Assembly: GCA_964247055.1 (NCBI GenBank)
Contig: OZ176051.1
Span: 62,001-126,000, forward strand
From: Paragordius varius
Lineage: Eukaryota > Animalia > Nematomorpha
Direction of reading: 5' to 3'
Length of the DNA stretch: 64,000 nt
Under the pieces are notes generated by a model. That model was not told where the DNA came from. It saw only the letters and a list, made by a program, of their open reading frames with translations, and searched no databases. Positions 54,850 through 64,000 of this stretch are shown piece by piece. The position numbers and the translations under genes were made by a program. Numbering within the stretch: the stretch's first letter is position 1; each line of letters starts with the position of its first letter.

Positions 54850-57800
54850 AAATTTGATCAGGTGATGTCACCATAATTTTTTTTGGGTAGCCCTATGGTA
54901 GTTCCATCATCACCCCAAATATTTTCGAGATCGGAGTATAAATGTAATTTTTATGAATTTTTTAAATATTTAAAAAATTTATTTTATACGATTTTAAAAA
55001 AAAAATGGCTACCTAAAATCCAAATTTGATCAGGTGATGTCACCATATTTTTTTTTGGGTAGCCCTATGGTAGTTCCATCATCACCCCAAATATTTTCGA
55101 GATCGGAGTATAAATGTAATTTTTATGAATTTTTTAAATATTTAAAAAATTTATTTTATACGATTTTAAAAATAAAAATGGCTTCCTACAAATTTGATCA
55201 GGTGATGTCACCATAATTTTTTTTGGGTAGCCCTATGGTAGTTCCATCATCACCCCAAATATTTTCGAGATCGGAGTATAAATGTAATTTTTATGAATTT
55301 TTTAAATATTTAAAAAATTTATTTTATACGATTTTAAAAATAAAAATGGCTACCTAAAATCCAAATTTGATCGGGTGATGTCGCCATAATTTTTTTTGCG
55401 TAGCCCTATGGTAGTTTCATCATCACCCCAAATATTTTGGGGATCGGACTATAAATGTAATTTTTATGAATTTTTTATATATTTAAATTAATTTTATACG
55501 ATTTTAAAAATAAAAATGGCTACCTAAAATCCAAATTTGATCAGGTGATGTCACCATATTTTTTTTTGGGTAGCCCTATAGTAGTTCCATCATCACCCCA
55601 AATATTTTCGAGATCGGAGTATAAATGTAATTTTTATGAATTTTTTAAATATTTAAAAAATTTATTTTATACGATTTTAAAAATAAAAATGGCTACCTAA
55701 AATCCAAATTTGATCAGGTGATGACGCCATAATTTTTTTTGGGTAGCCCTATGGTAGTTCCATCACCCCAAATATTTTCGAGATCGGAGTATAAATGTAA
55801 TTTTTATGAATTTTTTAAATATTTAAAAAATTTATTTTATACGATTTTAAAAATAAAAATGGCTACCTAAAATCCAAATTTGATCAGGTGATGTCACCAT
55901 AATTTTTTTTGTGTAGCCCTATGGTAGTTCCATCATCACCCCAAATATTTTCGAGATCGGAGTATAAATGTAATTTTTATGAATTTTTTAAATATTTAAA
56001 AAATTTATTTTATACGATTTTAAAAATAAAAATGGCTACCTAAAATCCAAATTTGATCAGGTGATGTCACCATATTTTTTTTTGGGTAGCCCTATGGTAG
56101 TTCCATCATCACCTCAAATATTTTGGGGATCGGACTATAAATGTAATTTTTATGAATTTTTTAAATATTTAAAAAATTTATTTTATACGATTTTAAAAAT
56201 AAAAATGGCTACCTAAAATCCAAATTTGATCAGGTGATGACGCCATAATTTTTTTGGGTAGCCCTATGGTAGTTCCATCATCACCCCAAATATTTTCGAG
56301 ATCGGAGTATAAATGTAATTTTTATGAATTTTTTAAATATTTAAAAAATTAATTTTATACGATTTTAAAAATAAAAATGGCTACCTACAAATTTGATCAG
56401 GTGATGTCACCATAATTTTTTTTGGGTAGCCCTATGGTAGTTCCATCATCACCCCAAATATTTTCGAGATCGGAGTATAAATGTAATTTTTATGAATTTT
56501 TTAAATATTTAAAAAATTTATTTTATACGATTTTAAAAATAAAAATGGCTACCTAAAATCCAAATTTGATCAGGTGATGTCGCCATAATTTTTTTTGGGT
56601 AGCCCTATAGTAGTTCCATCATCACCCCAAATATTGTCGAGATCGGAGTATAAATGTAATTTTTATGAATTTTTAAATATTTAAAAAATTTATTTTATAC
56701 GATTTTAAAAATAAAAATGGCTACCTAAAATCCAAATTTGATCATGTGATGTCACCATAATTTTTTTTGGGTAGCCCTATGGTAGTTCCATCATCACCCC
56801 AAATATTTTCGAGATCGGAGTATAAATGTAATTTTTATGAATTTTTTAAATATATAAAAAATTTATTTTATACGATTTTAAAAATAAAAATGGCTACCTA
56901 AAATCCAAATTTGATCAGGTGATGTCACCATAATTTTTTTTGGGTAGCCCTATGGTAGTTCCATCATCACCCCAAATATTTTCGAGATCGGAGTATAAAT
57001 GTAATTTTTATGAATTTTTTAAATATTTAAAAAATTTATTTTATACGATTTTAAAAATAAAAATGGCTACCTAAAATCCAAATTTGATCAGGTGATGTCA
57101 CCATATTTTTTTTTGGGTAGCCCTATGGTAATTCCATCATCACCCCAAATATTGTCGAGATCGGAGTATAATTTTTTTGAATTTTTTAAATATTTAAAAA
57201 ATTTATTTTATACGATTTTAAAAATAAAAATGGCTAGCTAAAATCCAAATTTGATCAGGTGATGTCGCCATAATTTTTTTTTAAAGCCCTATAGTAGTTC
57301 CATCATCACCCCAAATATTTTCGAGATCGGAGTGTAAATGTAATTTTTATGAATTTTTTAAATATTTAAAAAATTTATTTTATACGATTTTAAAAATAAA
57401 AATGGCTACCTAAAATCCAAATTTGATCAGGTGATGTCACTATAATTTTTTTTGGGTAGCCCTATGGTAGTTCCATCATCACCCCAAATATTTTCGAGAT
57501 CGGAGTAAAAATGTAATTTTTATGAATTTTTTAAATATTTAAAAAATTTATTTTATACGATTTTAAAAATAAAAATGGCTACCTAAAATCCAAATTTGAT
57601 CAGGTAATGTCACCATAATTTTTTTTGGGTAGCCCTATGGTAGTTCCATCATCACCCCAAATATTGTCGAGATCGGAGTATAAATGTAATTTTTATGAAT
57701 TTTTTAAATATTTAAAAAATTTATTTTATACGATTTTAAAAATAAAAATGGCTACCTAAAATCCAAATTTGATCAGGTGATGTCACCATAATTTTTTTTG

Positions 57801-58794
57801 GGTAGCCCTATGGTAGTTCCATCATCACCCCAAATATTTTCGAGATCGGAGTATAAATGTAATTTTTATGAATTTTTTAAATATTTAAAAAATTTATTTT
57901 ATACGATTTTAAAAATAAAAATGGCTACCTAAAATCCAAATTTGATCAGGTGATGTCACCATAATTTTTTTTGGGTAGCCCTATGGTAGTTCCATCATCA
58001 CCCCAAATATTTTCGAGATCGGAGTATAAATGTAATTTTTATGAATTTTTTAAATATTTAAAAAATTTATTTTATACGATTTTAAAAATAAAAATGGCTA
58101 CCTAAAATCCAAATTTGATCAGGTGATGTCACCATATTTTTTTTTGGGTAGCCCTATGGTAGTTCCATCATCACCCCAAATATTTTGGGGATCGGACTAT
58201 AAATGTAATTTTTATGAATTTTTTAAATATTTAAAAAATTTATTTTATACGATTTTAAAAATAAAAATGGCTACCTAAAATCCAAATTTGATCAGGTGAT
58301 GACGCCATAATTTTTTTTGAGAAGCCCTATGGTAGTTCCATCATCACCCCAAATATTTTCGAGATCGGAGTATAAATGTAATTTTTATGAATTTTTTAAA
58401 TATTTAAAAAATTTATTTTATACGATTTTAAAAATAAAAATGGCTACCTACAAATTTGATCAGGTGATGTCACCATAATTTTTTTTGGGTAGCCCTATGG
58501 TAGTTCCATCATCACCCCAAATATTTTCGAGATCGGAGTATAAATGTAATTTTTATGAATTTTTTAAATATTTAAAAAATTTATTTTATACGATTTTAAA
58601 AATAAAAATGGCTACCTAAAATCCAAATTTGATCAGGTGATGTCACTATAATTTTTTTTGGGTCCAATGGTAGTTCCATCATCACCCCAAATATTTTCGA
58701 GATCGGAGTATAAATGTAATTTTTATGAATTTTTTAAATATTTAAAAAATTTATTTTATACGATTTTAAAAATAAAAATGGCTACCTAAAATCC

Positions 58795-61700
58795 AAATTT
58801 GATCAGGTGATGTCACCATAATTTTTTTTGGGTAGCCCTATGGTAGTTCCATCATCACCCCAAATATTGTCGAGATCGGAGTATAAATGTAATTTTTTTG
58901 AATTTTTTAAATATTTAAAAAATTTATTTTATACGATTTTAAAAATAAAAATGGCTACCTAAAATCCAAATTTGATCGGGTGATGTCGCCATAATTTTTT
59001 TTGCGTAGCCCTATGGTAGTTTCATCATCACCCCAAATATTTTGGGGATCGGACTATAAATGTAATTTTTATGAATTTTTTAAATATTTAAAAAATTAAT
59101 TTTATACGATTTTAAAAATAAAAATGGCTACCTAAAATCCAAATTTGATCAGGTGATGTCACCATATTTTTTTTTGGGTAGCCCTATGGTAGTTCCATCA
59201 TCACCCCAAATATTGTCGAGATCGGAGTATAAATGTAATTTTTTTGAATTTTTTAAATATTTAAAAAATTTATTTTATACGATTTTAAAAATAAAAATGG
59301 CTACCTAAAATCCAAATTTGATCAGGTGATGTCGCCATAATTTTTTTTGGGTAGCCCTATAGTAGTTCCATCATCACCCCAAATATTTTCGAGATCGGAG
59401 TATAAATGTAATTTTTATGAATTTTTTAAATATTAAAAAAATTTATTTTATACGATTTTAAAAATAAAAATGGCTACCTAAAATCCAAATTTGATCAGGT
59501 GATGACGCCATAATTTTTTTTGGGTAGCCCTATGGTAGTTCCATCACCCCAAATATTTTCGAGATCGGAGTATAAATGTAATTTTTATGAATTTTTTAAA
59601 TATTTAAAAAATTTATTTTATACGATTTTAAAAATAAAAATGGCTACCTAAAATCCAAATTTGATCAGGTGATGTCACCATAATTTTTTTTGTGTAGCCC
59701 TATGGTAGTTCCATTATCACGCCAAATATTTTCGAGATCGGAGTATAAATGTAATTTTTATGAATTTTTTAAATATTTAAAAAATTTATTTTATACGATT
59801 TTAAAAATAAAAATGGCTACCTACAAATTTGATCAGGTGATGTCACCATAATTTTTTTTGGGTAGCCCTATGGTAGTTCCATCATCACCCCAAATATTTT
59901 CGAGATCGGAGTATAAATGTAATTTTTATGAATTTTTTAAATATTTAAAAAATTTATTTTATACGATTTTAAAAATAAAAATGGCTACCTAAAATCCAAA
60001 TTTGATCAGGTGATGTCACCATAATTTTTTTTGGGTAGCCCTATGGTAGTTCCATCATCACCCCAAATATTGTCGAGATCGGAGTATAAATGTAATTTTT
60101 TTGAATTTTTTAAATATTTAAAAAATTTATTTTATACGATTTTAAAAATAAAAATGGCTACCTAAAAACCAAATTTGATCGGGTGATGTCGCCATAATTT
60201 TTTTTGCGTAGCCCTATGGTAGTTTCATCATCACCCCAAATATTTTGGGGATCGGACTATAAATGTAATTTTTATGAATTTTTTAAATATTTAAAAAATT
60301 AATTTTATACGATTTTAAAAATAAAAATGGCTACCTAAAATCCAAATTTGATCAGGTGATGTCACCATATTTTTTTTTGGGTAGCCCTATGGTAGTTCCA
60401 TCATCACCCCAAATATTGTCGAGATCGGAGTATAAATGTAATTTTTTTGAATTTTTTAAATATTTAAAAAATTTATTTTATACGATTTTAAAAATAAAAA
60501 TGGCTACCTAAAATCCAAATTTGATCAGGTGATGTCGCCATAATTTTTTTTGGGTAGCCCTATAGTAGTTCCATCATCACCCCAAATATTTTCGAGATCG
60601 GAGTATAAATGTAATTTTTATGAATTTTTTAAATATTTAAAAAATTTATTTTATACGATTTTAAAAATAAAAATGGCTACCTAAAATCCAAATTTGATCA
60701 GGTGATGACGCCATAATTTTTTTTGGGTAGCCCTATGGTAGTTCCATCACCCCAAATATTTTCGAGATCGGAGTATAAATGTAATTTTTATGAATTTTTT
60801 AAATATTTAAAAAATTTATTTTATACGATTTTAAAAATAAAAATGGCTACCTAAAATCCAAATTTGATCAGGTGATGTCACCATAATTTTTTTGTGTAGC
60901 CCTATGGTAGTTCCATCATCACCCCAAATATTTTCGAGATCGGAGTATAAATGTAATTTTTATGAATTTTTTAAATATTTAAAAAATTTATTTTAGACGA
61001 TTTTAAAAATAAAAATGGCTACCTAAAATCCAAATTTGATCAGGTGATGTCACCATAATTTTTTTTGTGTAGCCCTATGGTAGTTCCATCATCACCCCAA
61101 ATATTTTCGAGATCGGAGTATAAATGTAATTTTTATGAATTTTTTAAATATTTAAAAAATTTATTTTATACGATTTTAAAAATAAAAATGGCTACCTAAA
61201 ATCCAAATTTGATCAGGTGATGTCGCCATAATTTTTTTTGGGTAGCCCTATAGTAGTTCCATCATCACCCCAAATATTTTCGAGATCGGAGTATAAATGT
61301 AATTTTTATGAATTTTTTGAATATTTAAAAAATTTATTTTATACGATTTTAAAAATAAAAATGGCTACCTAAAATCCAAATTTGATCAGGTGATGTCACC
61401 ATAATTTCTTTTGGGTAGCCCTATGGTAGTTCCATCATCACCCCAAATATTGTCGAGATCGGAGTATTGATGTAATTTTTTTGAATTTTTTAAATATTTA
61501 AAAATTTATTTTATACGATTTTAAAAATAAAAATGGCTACCTAAAATCCAAATTTGATCAGGTGATGTCACCATATTTTTTTTTGGGTAGCCCTATGGTA
61601 GTTCCATCATCACCCCAAATATTTTCGAGATCGGAGTATAAATGTAATTTTTATGAATTTTTTAAATATTTAAAAAATTTATTTTATACGATTTTAAAAA

Positions 61701-63915
61701 TAAAAATGGCTACCTAAAATCCAAATTTGATCAGGTGATGTCACCATAATTTTTTTTGGGTAGCCCTATGGTAGTTCCATCATCACCCCAAATATTTTCG
61801 AGATCGGAGTATAAATGTAATTTTTATGAATTTTTTAAATATTTAAAAAATTTATTTTATACGATTTTAAAAATAAAAATGGCTACCTAAAATCCAAATT
61901 TGATCAGATGATGACGCCATAATTTTTTTTGAGAAGCCCTATGGTAGTTCCATCATCACCCCAAATATTTTCGAGATCGGAGTATAAATGTAATTTTTAT
62001 GAATTTTTTAAATATTTAAAAAATTTATTTTATACGATTTTAAAAATAAAAATGGCTACCTACAAATTTGATCAGGTGATGTCACCATAATTTTTTTTGG
62101 GTAGCCCTATGGTAGTTCCATCATCACCCCAAATATTTTCGAGATCGGAGTATAAATGTAATTTTTATGAATTTTTTAAATATTTAAAAAATTTATTTTA
62201 TACGATTTTAAAAATAAAAATGGCTACCTACAAATTTGATCAGGTGATGTCACCATAATTTTTTTTGGTTAGCCCTATGGTAGTTCCATCATCACCCCAA
62301 ATATTTTCGAGATCGGAGTATAAATGTAATTTTTATGAATTTTTTAAATATTTAAAAAATTTATTTTATACGATTTAAAAAATAAAAATGGCTACCTAAA
62401 ATCCAAATTTGATCAGGTGATGTCGCCATAATTTTTTTTGGGTAGCCCTATAGTAGTTCCATCATCACCCCAAATATTGTCGAGATCGGAGTATAAATGT
62501 AATTTTTATGAATTTTTTAAATATTTAAAAAATTTATTTTATACGATTTTAAAAATAAAAATGGCTACCTACAAATTTGATCAGGTGATGTCACCATAAT
62601 TTTTTTTGTGTAGCCCTATGGTAGTTCCATCATCACCCCAAATATTTTCGAGATCGGAGTATAAATGTAATTTTTATGAATTTTTTAAATATTTAAAAAA
62701 TTTATTTTATACGATTTTAAAAATAAAAATGGCTACCTACAAATTTGATCAGGTGATGTCACCATAATTTTTTTTGGGTAGCCCTATGGTAGTTCCATCA
62801 TCACCCCAAATATGAATTTTTTAAATATTTAAAAAATTTATTTTATACGATTTTAAAAATAAAAATGGCTACCTAAAATCCAAATTTGATCAGGTGATGT
62901 CACCATAATTTTTTTTGGGTAGCCCTATGGTAGTTCCATCATCACCCCAAATATTGTCGAGATCGGAGTATAAATGTAATTTTTTTGAATTTTTTAAATA
63001 TTTAAAAAATTTATTTTATACGATTTTAAAAATAAAAATGGCTACCTAAAATCCAAATTTGATCGGGTGATGTCGCCATAATTTTTTTTGCGTAGCCCTA
63101 TGGTAGTTTCATCATCACCCCAAATATTTTGGGGATCGGACTATAAATGTAATTTTTATGAATTTTTTAAATATTTAAAAAATTAATTTTATACGATTTT
63201 AAAAATAAAAATGGCTACCTAAAATCCAAATTTGATCAGGTGATGTCACCATATTTTTTTTTGGGTAGCCCTATGGTAGTTCCATCATCACCCCAAATAT
63301 TGTCGAGATCGGAGTATAAATGTAATTTTTTTGAATTTTTTAAATATTTAAAAAATTTATTTTATACGATTTTAAAAATAAAAATGGCTACCTAAAATCC
63401 AAATTTGATCAGGTGATGTCGCCATAATTTTTTTTGGGTAGCCCTATAGTAGTTCCATCATCACCCCAAATATTTTCGAGATCGGAGTATAAATGTAATT
63501 TTTATGAATTTTTTAAATATTTAAAAAATTTATTTTATACGATTTTAAAAATAAAAATGGCTACCTAAAATCCAAATTTGATCAGGTGATGACGCCATAA
63601 TTTTTTTTGGGTAGCCCTATGGTAGTTCCATCACCCCAAATATTTTCGAGATCGGAGTATAAATGTAATTTTTATGAATTTTTTAAATATTTAAAAAATT
63701 TATTTTATACGATTTTAAAAATAAAAATGGCTACCTAAAATCCAAATTTGATCAGGTGATGTCACCATAATTTTTTTGTATAGCCCTATGGTAGTTCCAT
63801 CATCACCCCAAATATTTTCGAGATCGGAGTATAAATGTAATTTTTATGAATTTTTTAAATATTTAAAAAATTTATTTTATACGATTTTAAAAATAAAAAT
63901 GGCTACCTAAAATCC
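58795..63915 (+). repeat. 6-monomer cassette in three copies (58795, 59998, 62882), with a related precursor near 55360
   Basis: Order: TTGTCG / GATCGGGTG+GCGTAG+TTAATTTT / ATATTT+TTGTCG / GTCGCC+TATAGTAG / GACGCC+delCAT / G(T)GTAG. GATCGGG offsets are 1203 and 2884 bp. Confidence 0.88.
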
Positions 63916-64000
63916 AAATTTGATCAGGTGATGTCGCCATAATTTTTTTTGGGTAGCCCTATAGTAGTTCCATCATCACCCCAAATATTTTCGAGATCGG

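Larger units (their letters stand above)
1..64000 (+). repeat. Tandem satellite DNA array, 172-173-bp AT-rich monomer, ~375 copies, head-to-tail; runs off both window edges
   Basis: AAATTTGATCAGGTGATG recurs every ~172-173 bp from base 1 to the end (e.g. starts at 9073, 9246). No non-repeat sequence and no inverted monomer were seen. The consensus has 45 G+C in 173 bp (~26% GC). Strand is nominal. Confidence 0.99.

Noticed and set aside
55034-55216. 60-aa ORF from the supplied track (MMSPYFFLGSP...)
   Set aside because: It is one satellite monomer read in frame from a GTG. It is open only because this copy combines CCATAA>CCATAT (loss of one stop) with the 5-bp junction deletion (loss of ACC-TAA). 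It is low-complexity F/K/N/I-rich, resembles no protein I recognise and has no gene context.
1-64000. CRISPR array
   Set aside because: There are no unique spacers; the entire 173 bp repeats, and no cas genes are present.
1-64000. CpG decay as evidence of DNA methylation
   Set aside because: CpG>TpG/CpA alleles exist (TTTGAG, ATTGG, TACAAT), but CpG-creating alleles (GTCGCC, GCGTAG, GACGCC) are at least as common. I could not establish enrichment without a count.
1-64000. rDNA spacer, 5S/tRNA array, telomeric repeat or mitochondrial control-region repeats
   Set aside because: No rRNA, tRNA or 5S sequence, Pol III boxes or short telomeric motif was recognised, and 64 kb of pure repeat is too long for a typical mitochondrial control region.

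Overview
The whole 64-kb window is one uninterrupted, head-to-tail tandem array of an AT-rich (~74% AT) satellite DNA. The monomer is 172-173 bp and there are about 375 copies by manual count, all in the same orientation. Consensus: AAATTTGATCAGGTGATGTCACCATAATTTTTTTTGGGTAGCCCTATGGTAGTTCCATCATCACCCCAAATATTTTCGAGATCGGAGTATAAATGTAATTTTTATGAATTTTTTAAATATTTAAAAAATTTATTTTATACGATTTTAAAAATAAAAATGGCTACCTAAAATCC. I see no genes, RNA genes, transposons or CRISPR array, and the single ORF call is a by-product of the repeat. The sequence is almost certainly eukaryotic heterochromatin or (peri)centromeric DNA, but I cannot name the species or satellite family. I found no new protein-based system. What is interesting is structural. 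(i) The monomer is rich in dyad symmetry, including a perfect 24-bp AT palindrome, and has a GC-richer half and a ~94% AT half. (ii) Diagnostic SNP and indel alleles reveal nested higher-order repeats: 4-, 6/7-, 12-, 13-, 16-, 21- and ~48-mers, plus a block copied ~15 kb away. (iii) Some variants map exactly onto the inverted repeats: a stem-loop excision and a palindrome-perfecting double substitution. All alignments were done by eye, so block boundaries are accurate to about one monomer.
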